A stretch of DNA of 20,000 bases, taken from Lama guanicoe. Its lineage: Eukaryota. The stretch spans positions 7,662,935 to 7,682,934 of the forward strand of contig MU056050.1 of the NCBI GenBank assembly GCA_013239625.1, in the 5' to 3' direction. Positions 10,953 to 20,000 of the stretch are shown one piece after another. The translations under genes were made by a program, and so were the position numbers. Each line of letters begins with the position of its first letter. Position 1 is the first letter of the stretch. Below the pieces are notes generated by a model. It searched no databases. It saw nothing but the letters and a program-made list of their open reading frames with translations, and had not been told where the DNA came from.

Positions 10953-11546
10953 ATATAGCCACTGTGGAAAACAGTTTGTTAGTTCCTCAACAAGTTATAG
11001 ACAGAATTACCATATGGCCCAGCAATTCTACTCTTAGGTACATACCCAAAAGAATTGAAGACAGAGATGCAAATAGATGCTTATATGTGAATATTCACAG
11101 CAGCCTTTTCACAATAGCCAAAAAGTTGAAACAGCACAAATGTCCAACAACAGATGACTGGATAAACAAAATTGTTATATCCATACAATGGAATATTAGC
11201 CATAAAAAGGGATGAGGTACTGATACATGCTACAACAAGGATGAACCTTGAAAAGATCATGCTAGGTGAAAGAAGCCAGACACAAAAGGACACATATTGT
11301 ATGATTCCATTTATCTGAAATGTTTAAAATTAGAAAGTCTATAGAGACAGAAAGCAGATTAGAAGTTGCCAGGGGCTGGTTAAGGATCAGAATAAGGAGT
11401 GACTGCTTAGTGGGTGTGGGGTTTCCTTCTGGAGTGATAAAAACACTCTAGAACCAGGTAGTGGCAATGATTGCACAACACTGGGAATACACTAAAAATC
11501 ACTAATTATAAATTTTATGTTATGTTTATTTTACCACAGTAAAAAA
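10953..11546 (+). mobile_element. L1MB-like 3' end
   Basis: Frameshifted ORF2 C-terminus (MENSLLVPQ...; LFTIAKKLKQHKCPTTDDWINK) followed by 3' UTR ggggtttccttctggagtgataaaaac...gattgcacaacact...ttttaccacagtaaaaaa. Confidence 0.88.
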
Positions 11547-11860
11547 TACTTAGGTGCAAAGAAGCATTTTGAACAAAGAAGTAGCATGATCTGACTTATG
11601 TTTTAAAAAGATCATTCTGGTTGCTCTGTTGAGAAGGAACAGATAGGTGGGTGGCAAGAATAGAAGCAGGGAGATCAATTAGAGGTGGTTTAGTAATCCA
11701 ATCAAGAGATTAGACAGGTGGATAGGAGTCTGGAGCTTAGGGAGAGGTCTTGGGAAGGAAATACTCATTCAGAAGTCTTCAGTATATAGATGATATTTAA
11801 AGTCATGAGACTGGTTGGGATCACCAAGTGATGGTTCTCCCTTTTCACGTAGACTATTTA

Positions 11861-12175
11861 GTCCCTCACATGGTGGAACTTCAATTCCAATAGAGGAGAC
11901 ACAGTTTCTTTACTCAAAGAGGACTTTAAGTTTTAAAAGGAGATGATCTTCACTCTAGGGAGGCTCATCTGTTGGGAGCAACTCTTGCTATCCTCATGTA
12001 TCCCCAGTACAATGGAGAAGCAATAGTCTCCTTACTCTAAAGATCTCCCAACCTGACAAGGGAGACACTGTCCACACAAAGTAGCCCTCAGCTGAAGAAA
12101 AAGGCATTGTTCCACACCAGGGAGCCTCCCCCAGTCTAATGAGGGAGGCATGGCCCCAATCTGGGCTCCCTAGTG
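11861..12175. repeat. Degenerate tandem array of ~40-bp units
   Basis: About 7-8 diverged units aligned by eye to gtccctgccctcagggagcccccagtctgatgggggagacaca, e.g. gtctccttactctaaagatctcccaacctgacaagggagacact and gttccacaccagggagcctcccccagtctaatgagggaggcat. Confidence 0.5.
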
Positions 12176-12414
12176 CTTATTGGCCTGTAACCCTGAGAAG
12201 GGGCCACAGAAAGCACTAGTATTATCCAGGCAGCAGCATCAGCTCACAGAGCTAAAGTTAACAATGAAGAGATCCATACATGTTACAGCCCAAACCTGAA
12301 TACCAGTTAATGTCCATGTCTGGGAAGAGCAATTAGAGTTCATGAATTGAGTTGCTGGTAACACTGCCATTCTCAGGGCTAATTATCTTTAATTGGAGTT
12401 GTCTATTTTGATAA

Positions 12415-12790
12415 TAAACATTCAACTCCATTTCATCCAATTTAACAATGTTCCAGGCACTATCCTAGATACTTCAGAGAATATCACACTTTAAGGAACT
12501 CAGTATTTTTTCATAGGATAATCCTGGTACATAGATAACTCCAACTTAAGGCAGAAAGTGATGAGTACTGTAGAGAGTTATATGCTAAGGTTAGAGCAGT
12601 GCCAAGGTACTTAAAGAGAAGATTAATTCTGCTTGGGGAGGGGAGTATTGGATGGAGCTTTGCAGAAGAAGCAACATTTGAGCTGGAACTTAGGAGAATG
12701 AGTAAAATTTCCACAGGCATTCCAGGCAGATAGAGCAGCATAAGCAAGTGACTGGGGACTGAAAAATACAGAGTATATATAGTTTCTAAT
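12415..12790 (-). mobile_element. LINE-2 fragment
   Basis: tgttccaggcactatcctagatact...aaggaactcagt...gagctttgcagaagaagcaacatttgagctggaactt...ggcattccaggcagatagagcagcataagcaa. Confidence 0.7.
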
Positions 12791-12799
12791 ACAGCTATT

Positions 12800-13552
12800 A
12801 ATTTGTTCATTTATTTAATTTATCTATTAATTTAGCAAATATTCATTGAGCATATGTTTCAGGAACCTTCCTCAGTGCTTTGGATAGAGCAGTGAACAAA
12901 ACAAAGTCCCTGTCCTCATGGAGATTGCATTCTGGACTACTGGGGTAGATCATAAACAAATAAGCAAATAAATACGTAATTTGTTAGGTAGCAATAAGCA
13001 TTTTGAAGAAAAAGTAGAATAACTAGGTAGAGAGTGATGGGGGAGAGGTTGTGTTATTTTATATAGGGTGGTCAGGGAAGTCATCTCTGCTAAGATGGCA
13101 TTTGAGTAGAGACCTAGATGAAAGAGTGAATCAAATATATATCTAGTGCAAGAACATTTCAGATGCAGAAGACAACAAGAACCTGTGGTAAGAGCATGCT
13201 TGCTATATATATATCCTGGAATCAGCAAGGCCTGAGCAATAGGAAGAACAAAGTCATCATTTACCAAGATGAGGAAGCCTAAGATAGGAACAGGCTTGGG
13301 ATTTCCAGAAGATCTGGAGTTTGGTCTAGGGCGTTTTAAGTTTAAGATGTTTATTAGCCATCCAAGTGTAGGTGTCCACGGGCAGCTGGATATATTTGTA
13401 GTTTAGGGGAGACGTCCATTCTGAAGCTAAAAATTGGGGAGTTGATGGTACATAGATGATATTAAACATGCTGAGACTGGATGATATCATGAGGGAGCAA
13501 CTGCAGATAGAGACATGGTCTATGGACTGAGCTCTGAGTCGCTCCATCTTAA
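12800..13552 (-). mobile_element. L2a-like element (resumes at ~14550 after the L1 insertion)
   Basis: tttagcaaatattcattgagcat...gcagtgaacaaaacaaagtccctgtcctcatggag...tttaagatgtttattagccatccaagtg...ggcagctggatat...ggactgagctctgag. Confidence 0.82.
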
Positions 13553-14549
13553 TCTTTTTTTAAAAATTGAAATATAGTCAGTTTACAATGTGTCAATTTC
13601 TGGTGTACAGCATAATAGTTCAGTCATGCATATATATATATATATGTATATTTGTTTTCATATTCTTTTTCATTATAGGTTACTACAAGATGTTAAATAT
13701 AGGTCCTTGTGCTATACAGTATAAACTTGTTATTTATCTATTTTATATATAGTAGTTAGTATCTGCAAATCTCGAACTCCCAATTTATCCCTTCCTACCC
13801 GCCTCTTTGCCCCGGGTAACCATAAATTCATTTTCTGTGTCTGTGAGTCTGTTTCTGTTTTGTAAACAAGTTCATTTTTTTTCTTTTTTTTCTTTTTTTT
13901 TAGATTCCTTATATAAGTGATAACATATGATATTTTTCTTTCTCTTTCTGGCTTAGAATGACAACCTCCAGGTTCATCCATGTTGCTGCAAATGGCATTA
14001 TTTTATTATATTTTATGGCTGAGTAGTATTCCATTGTAAAAATATACCAAAGCTTTTTTATCATTATCCAGTCATCTGTCAATGGACTTTTAGGCTGTTT
14101 TCATTTCTTGGCTGTTGTAAATAGTGCTGCTTTGAACATTGGGATGCATGTATCTTTTTGAATTAAAGTTCCCTCTGGTTATATGCCCAGGAGTGTGATT
14201 GCTGGATCATAGGGTAAGTCTACTTTTAGTCTTTTGAGGACTCTCCATACTGTTTTCCATAATGGCTGCACCAAACTGCATTCCCATCAACAAGGTAGGA
14301 GAATTCCTTTTCCTCTATACCCTCTTCAGCATCTATTGTTTGTGGACTTTTGAATGATGGCCATTCTGACTGGTATGACATGATACCTCATTGTAGTTTT
14401 GACTTGCATTTCTCTGATAATTAGCAATATTGAGCATTTTTCTATGTGCCTATTGGCCATGTGTATGTATTCATTGGAGAATTGCTTGTTTAGGTTTTCT
14501 GCCTATTTTTGGATTGGGTTGTTTGTTTTTTTTATTATTAAGTCAGATG
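13553..14549 (-). mobile_element. 5'-truncated cetartiodactyl-type L1 (3' UTR and ORF2 C-terminus)
   Basis: T-rich tail at ~13555, 3' UTR with (TA)n at 13629-13651 and gtgctatacagta, then antisense ORF2 end (ccaggttcatccatgttgctgcaaatggcatta...ctccatactgttttccataatggctgcacc). Degenerate TSD-like flanks gctccatcttaa / gcttcaatgttaa. Confidence 0.92.
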
Positions 14550-15000
14550 AGGTGCTTCAATGTTAAGCATTTGGATTGATGAGGAGGAACCAACAAAAGA
14601 GACTTTAAAGAAATGCTGAGTAGTGGTTTTTGCAAAGGTGAAGGCAAGAAGTAATGAAGCTTTGAATTACAGTCTTGGCAGTAAGGATGTAGAAATAGGG
14701 TCAGAATTTAGTAAAGCATCATGGGAGTAAAATCATCAGGATTGGGCAAAGATGTGAGGGTGAACAGAGGTAGATAAGGGCACAGCAGACCTCCTGGGCA
14801 TGATTCTGGCTCAGATAACTTGGTAGGTGATGGTGTCATTAACTAGTACAGGGGACATTATCAGGAGGAGGGAAGAATTGGCTTGAGCAGAGGGAAGTAG
14901 ATGTAAGAGTCAGAGAAATGTCAAATTCAGTTGGAGACATTTGAGTTTGAGATTCCTGTAAGGCGTTCAAGAGGAAATGTCAGATTGGCAGTTGTAAATG
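14550..15000 (-). mobile_element. LINE-2 fragments
   Basis: gatgaggaggaaccaacaaaagagact continues the L2a broken at 13552. Further L2-like blocks include aaattcagttggagacatttgagtttgagattcctgt...ggaaatgtcagattggcagttg. Confidence 0.65.
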
Positions 15001-15164
15001 CCATGACCTAGTACCATATAAATGCTGACATTGTTTCTTCACCCATTAATCACTCTGTGTCTATCACAGTCTCATAATGTAGTATCCACTGATGGGTAAA
15101 GTTGGAGGGAAGAGATAGTAAGGAGGAGATTAATATTTCTGAATTTACTTTGTCAGTAATTCTC

Positions 15165-15295
15165 GGGCCTTGGGCTAGTTATATCATCTCTCTAAATCTA
15201 GATTCCCTCATTTGTAAATGGAGACAATGTTAATACCTCAAGTTATTTTTTTTGAGGATTAAATGAGTTATTACATGGAAAAAGTCTTGAGAGAA
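15165..15295 (+). mobile_element. MIR SINE
   Basis: ccttgggctagtta...ttccctcatttgtaaatggagacaat...tgaggattaaatgagttattacatggaaa is the MIR core. Confidence 0.72.
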
Positions 15296-15919
15296 ATAAG
15301 TGCTTACAAAATTTTGCTTGAGTGAAGCTATGAATGGATTAGTTTGAGTACCTTCCAGGAGCACCAGGGAATTCCAGATGGGGAGCTGCAAGTCAGGCAA
15401 GGAATGTCTGGGGCATGAATGAGGAATAGGAGTAGAAAGGATCTTTCTGGGACTTCATGGAAGCTCCCTAGAGATCCTAGAAATTTAGGTGGTAACATTC
15501 AAGAAGAGCTGCAGAGAGGTCCATCTGACTCTTATGCCTAATCTGGCTTGCACATGGAGAGCACAGAAACAGCCAGTGCCCCTTTCTGGTGATACAGGGA
15601 TTAACTCCTTTCTAGCAGGCCTGCTGTTGGGATGTCTGTGCCAATTTCCCCAGGAAAGGAGCTGTTTCTGGGGACTAGATGGGGATTATAGGAGGAATAA
15701 GGGACTAGGAACTCAGGGTTTGTGGGCAGAGCAACACTGAAAGGGCTTAGCTGTGACTGGGCTGGGGCAGATGGAGATAGAGAAACAGGGAGAAGATAAA
15801 TGGGATATAAAGTCACAGCAATAATATAAGAAATCAAGAGAAAGAAAAAGACATCCAGACAGCCAGACTGACAGTTAGAGACTGGAAACAGAATGAGAAG
15901 GTCATTTCCACTACAGCAG

Positions 15920-16010
15920 TGCCTGTCAAAACCTAGCAGAAGGCATGACACTCAGTAGGTAGGTAATGAGTATTTGTTGAATGAATGAATGAATGAATGA
16001 ATGTATGAAT
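15920..16010 (+). mobile_element. L2 3' terminus with (TGAA)n tail
   Basis: cctagcagaaggcatgacactcagtagg...gtatttgttgaatgaatgaatgaatgaatgaatg. Confidence 0.7.
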
Positions 16011-16081
16011 GGGGCAGGGGTCAAGTTGGGAGGAGAGAGAGACAGAATTGTATGAGTGGTGGAAGACTGGATCTGTAACTG

Positions 16082-16200
16082 AAATCAATTCAACAAACAT
16101 TTATTGATCTCCTATTGCCTGCCAAGTACTGAGAAAATTAGAGCCAGGAGGCATTGCGCTGAGTCACAAATAGCTCTGAGCTCTAGCAGGCTGACAGCTA
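16082..16200 (-). mobile_element. L2 3' terminus
   Basis: ttcaacaaacatttattgatctcctattgcctgccaagtactg is the antisense L2 end. Confidence 0.6.
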
Positions 16201-16395
16201 TGTTAGAGCACAGCATGGGAAAGAGGTCTCTGTTATCAATTGTTGACATTCTGGATATTCTTCAGAATTTCCTTACTCTGCCTACTTCTCGTGTGCTTAG
16301 TGTCCCTGCCCTACTATAGGTCAAACTTTAGGAAACCCAACAAGTATGTTTTAATGTTATCACCATACAAATCTGGGAAGAAACTTCAGTTAAAA

Positions 16396-16599
16396 TGTCA
16401 GGCACTGTTACCTAATTTATCTTTTTTGATTATTACTAGAACTCTGAAACATGAGTACCATCATTCCCATTTTAGAGATGAAAAACAGAGGCTCATAAGT
16501 TGAATGACTTGCTCAAGATCATGTGGTTGCAAAGCCAGGGTTCAAACATAATTCTCCTGTTTGCTGGTCAGTGCTCTGTCCTCTCACTCCTGGCTGCCT
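16396..16599 (-). mobile_element. MIR SINE
   Basis: cattcccattttagagatgaaaaacagaggctcataagttgaatgacttgctcaagatca...gcaaagccagggttcaaac. Confidence 0.8.
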
Positions 16600-16943
16600 T
16601 CGTAAGTTCTGCACATACTTAACCCCATTACCACCTTCCAAAGACTGGATGAATGAAAATACAAACATCCAAAGGTAGCATATATTGAACAGAGATATAT
16701 GCTGCATGGAAGAATCTTAACTTTACATTAGGGATTCTAACATAAAAAGACTTCCAGCACAATTCATTTATTAGCTCATTATTAATTCATTCATGCACTC
16801 ATATATTCAACTATGCTTCAAACATGGGTTGATCTCATATTATGTGTCCAAAACAGTTGTGAGTGTAAATAGAAGCAAGTCAGAAATGATGAGTACCTAG
16901 AGAACATTTCACTCCATTGGGTGATAGGGAAGCCAAGGACAGC

Positions 16944-17170
16944 AATGATAATAGCTAACATTTAATGAGGACTTACATTGTTCCAACAACTTCTCATGGT
17001 TTAACTTCTTTTATCCTTAAAATAACCCTAGGAGGTATAGGTAACATTATTTCCTTCATTTTATAGTTAATGAATGGAAGCCCAGAGAGGCCACACAATT
17101 TGTTTAAGGTTACAGAGCTGTGTGGCAGAACCAGGATTTGAATCCATAAAATCTGACTCCCGAATTCACA
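16944..17170 (-). mobile_element. MIR SINE
   Basis: ataatagctaacatttaatgaggacttac...cattttatag...aagcccagagagg...aaggttacagagct...ggcagaaccaggatttgaatcca...tctgactcc. Confidence 0.82.
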
Positions 17171-17254
17171 AATGACAATTTCTGGATGGGATAAGGGCTA
17201 CATTCTCCATTCTCTTTTCTCATTCATTCTCACATTCCTTCCCCTCCGAAGAGA

Positions 17255-17640
17255 ATATCTTTCCCCTTCTTGTATCATTCTCTTTACCTGGAGTGCCCTC
17301 CCCACTGCTTTATCTTTCTGCATCGAAAGTCTCCTTATACTGAAAATGACAGCTGAGATGTTGCCAACTTCATCATGAAGCTTAACATGAACTCACCTAA
17401 GCAAAGTTAAGTGAGCTCTTCCTCATTCTCTTCAGGATGCCATGATCTCCAGTTAGATATTTTGTAGCACTTACTATAACTTGCTTATATTTTGTTCTTA
17501 TATTGCTGTTACTGTATACTTATTTTTACTCCTCTACTGCCTCAAACTAGATTCCCTTAAGAGCTAGGACCATCTTTGGAACTCTCAAAGTGTTTGGCAT
17601 GGTGCTTAGGAAGTTGTAAGTATCTGTTTGTTTAGAATTA
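17255..17640 (+). mobile_element. LINE-2 3' fragment
   Basis: ctctttacctggagtgccctcccc...tagcacttacta...ctagattcccttaagagctaggaccatcttt...gtgtttggcatggtgcttagga...tatctgtttg. Confidence 0.6.
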
Positions 17641-17724
17641 AGTTACCTGATGCTTGGTTCCCCAGACATACATGAGCCTCATGTAGTAAGTCTTGGTCTA
17701 TGAATCTAAGTAACTTCCACCTAC

Positions 17725-18585
17725 CTACTTCCTAAAATCATTCTTCACATCCTTGCTGCAGGCTATAGATAATGGTCTGGAACATGGGGGTGGTGATGCA
17801 ATAGAAGATTGCAATTAACTTGTTTTCATCTTGGAATGCCTGTGAATGAGGTATTAGGTACATAGAAATGACTGTGTCATAGAAGATGGCACCAGAGCCA
17901 ACTGAGAACTACAGATAGAAAGGACTTTGAGATGGCAAGGTGTGTAGTGGATGGCAAGGAGATGAGGATGAAGCTAAAGGGCCAGAGCAGGCTCATGGTA
18001 CTGCTGCCAAGCAGCAGTAGTTCACAGAGGCTAGTAGAGTAAGAGAATTTCAGATTTATCAGTCTGGATCTTACAGATGAAATGATTGAAAACATTGGAG
18101 GTACGGTAGAGTTATGACATAGTGAACATGAGGATTCCACTGAAAGTGTTTACTCTTATCCAGCAGCTGGCCACCAGGCCCATGCAGACCATCTCTAAAT
18201 AAGTGAGTAACAAAGAGTGTTACAGATGGCTATAGCCCAGATTTAGGCCATGGTATCAAAGTGGAATCACTCCATAATGCCAAGGGAAGGATAGTTTATT
18301 ATTTGGGGAAAGTTGTGGGCCAGGAAGACAGTCAGGGTAGAAGTCAGGCCATTGGCCAGTATGTGTGGGCTGCTGCTATTGCAGTAGCTGATGTCCAGGA
18401 AAGAGAGATTACTGAGGAAAAGATACATAACACTGTGCAGTTGGTTAAGCCAGATGAGGAGGGGGAGAAGGACATTGCCAACCAGAGAGATAAGATAGAC
18501 TAGCAATATCTGAAGAAGAGTACTTGTACTTGTAGATAACTGGATAGGCCCGGGAATAGTCATGACTATGGAATTCTGTGTCCAT
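17725..18585 (-). pseudogene. Olfactory receptor pseudogene (class II, family 2/13-like), multiple stops, frameshifts and deletions
   Basis: Minus-strand translation across frames gives ordered OR motifs: ATG at 18585; YLISLVGN (TM1); LHSVMYLFLSNLSFLDISY (LHTPMYFFLSNLS); MA*IWAIAICNTLCY (decayed MAYDRYVAICxPLxY); NHFICKI (NHFFCE); PFSFILIS; KSF/ICSSQL (KAFSTCSSHL); SMYL; PMFQTIIYSL..KDVK (PMLNPLIYSLRNKDVK); stop at 17725-17727. Confidence 0.95.
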
Positions 18586-18593
18586 TGTCTTCC

Positions 18594-18620
18594 CTAGTGT
18601 TGGATTTTGGGGAGAAATTA
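18594..18620 (-). other. Probable splice acceptor 8 nt upstream of the OR start codon
   Basis: Minus strand reads aatttctccccaaaatccaacactAG|ggaagacaATG. OR genes commonly have a 5'-UTR intron ending just before the single coding exon. Confidence 0.35.
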
Positions 18621-19494
18621 TTATAGAATCATTTGGAATCTGTCTGGACCGATGATTCCTTAGACCCTGGCCATATACTGAGCTGATGGAAATGGCCACA
18701 GATTGAGTATCCAGAACACAGACTAAATCCCTAACTAAGGGAGTTGTATCCAATCAGGATTTGAAATTCTCTTGTTCACGTATTGCCAACATTTCTTCTC
18801 AAAATTGGTCCTCCTCTGTAAAGATCTAGAAACTATTGCAGGAACTCACAGAGGGTGTGTTTCCTCCTACAACTTCTCTCCTTGGCCATCGAAGTGTGGA
18901 AGAAGGGAGCAGCGACTTGGTGAAATGCATGCATGAATGAATGAATGAAGAGGCCTCTGAATTTTTTCAGTCCTTATCTGGGGTCAGATAAAATTTGAGT
19001 ACAGTCCATTATTATGCAAACATTATTCCCCTTCCAAAGCCCAGCAATCTTCATGTTGCTAGTTTTTTGTTTCATTGGTAATTTCTACCTTCTGTTTAGG
19101 AAACGTAAGACTGAAGCCACTGTGGAGGTGGGGAAAATAGAATGAGGAGAACAAAAATATCAACTGACCAAACTGACCAACTCAATCAATTTGATTCCAC
19201 TAGCTTCATCAAGTAATTGGCAATTATATTTGATTTTCTAGGGCTGTAGGGTCATGGGAACAGAGTACTTTCTTTTTCACCTATTCATTGTTGATGTATA
19301 AGACATAGCCAAGAAATCAAAAGCAAAGGCTTGAAACTAAGTCATACTTAAGGCTACGTTTGTAGTCACCCAAGTAACTGTTGATTCAGTGATAAAAATG
19401 CCATTGGGCCAGTTGTAGTGGTGGGGTACAGACAGAGCTGAAGACCTTGGCTTTCAGCTTGTCCTTGACTAGTGTGACTGGTATAATTAAAATT

Positions 19495-20000
19495 GACTTC
19501 CAGGACTATGTTGAATAGGAGTGGTGATAGTGGGCATCCTTGTCTTGTCCCAGATTTTAGGGGGAAGCTTTTGAGTTTTTCACCATTGAGTACTATGCTG
19601 GCTGTAGGTTTGTCATATATAGCTTTTATTATGTTGAGATACGTTCCCTCTATACCCACTTTGGCGAGAGTTTTTATCATAAATGGGTGTTGAATTTTGT
19701 CAAATGCTTTTTCTGCATCGATTGAGATGATCATGTGGTTTTTGTCCTTTCTCTTGTTGATGTGATGTATTACATTGATTGATTTGCGTATGTTGAACCA
19801 GCCTTGTGTCCCTGGGATGAACCCCACTTGGTCATGATGTATAATCTTTTTTATGTGTTGTTGGATTCTATTTGCTAAAATTTTGGTGAGGATTTTGGCA
19901 TCTATGTTCATCAGTGATATTGGCCTATAATTCTCTTTTTTTGTAGTGTCTTTGCCTGGTTTTGGTATCAGGGTGATGGTGGCTTCATAGAATGAGTTTG
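19495..20000 (-). mobile_element. Young L1 ORF2 fragment (Z domain and N-terminal reverse transcriptase), runs off the window edge
   Basis: Uninterrupted frame [37 protein letters not shown]...[10 protein letters not shown]...[16 protein letters not shown]...[20 protein letters not shown]1 homology stops abruptly at 19495, before the FADD catalytic motif. Confidence 0.97.

Larger units (their letters stand above)
10035..11830 (-). mobile_element. L2a-like element interrupted by an MLT1B-like LTR and an L1MB-like fragment
   Basis: Antisense L2 3' terminus attcattcatcc...tattgagggcttatattccaggcattgttttaggcactggggat at ~10036. L2 sequence resumes at ~10635-10945 and ~11550-11830 (agcatgatctgacttatgttttaaaaagatcattctggttgct...aagtcatgagactggttgggatcaccaag). 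Confidence 0.8.

Noticed and set aside
11861..12175. CRISPR-like repeat/spacer interpretation of the periodic region
   Set aside because: Mammalian context, no identical repeats with unique spacers, and no cas genes.
15978..16010. (TGAA)n tract, with a similar tract near 18934
   Set aside because: Typical L2 tail or simple repeat.
18261..18753. ORFs 18261-18503(+) and 18445-18753(-)
   Set aside because: Antisense or out-of-frame shadows of the OR pseudogene.
19366..19911. 181-aa reverse-transcriptase-like ORF as a novel RT system or gene
   Set aside because: Ordinary L1 ORF2 fragment truncated before the catalytic motif. The last ~42 residues are read-through into flanking DNA.

Overview
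Eukaryotic (placental mammal) genomic DNA, AT-rich and CpG-poor, made mostly of interspersed repeats. A tRNA-derived SINE (3614-3734) and the 3' UTR of a young L1 (6098-6747) resemble camelid elements (Vic-1 / L1_Vpa-like, recalled from memory, not searched). No intact host protein-coding gene is visible. The only host-gene-derived sequence is a heavily decayed class II olfactory receptor pseudogene (17725-18585, minus). Other contents: a ~2.7 kb ERV-L pol fossil (RT, integrase, dUTPase), several L1 fragments of different ages, an MLT1B-like LTR, many L2 and MIR fragments and two small hAT MITE-like remnants. Most ORFs in the supplied track are spurious or repeat-derived. I found no convincing novel biological system. 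The best leads are a candidate Lhx2/Ebf-type olfactory regulatory element (~12185-12415), a degenerate ~40-bp tandem array next to it, a second O/E-motif cluster (~15340-15830) and a probable twin-primed (5'-inverted) young L1 at the right edge. Repeat subfamily names are from recalled consensus sequences, and boundaries of old repeats are approximate.
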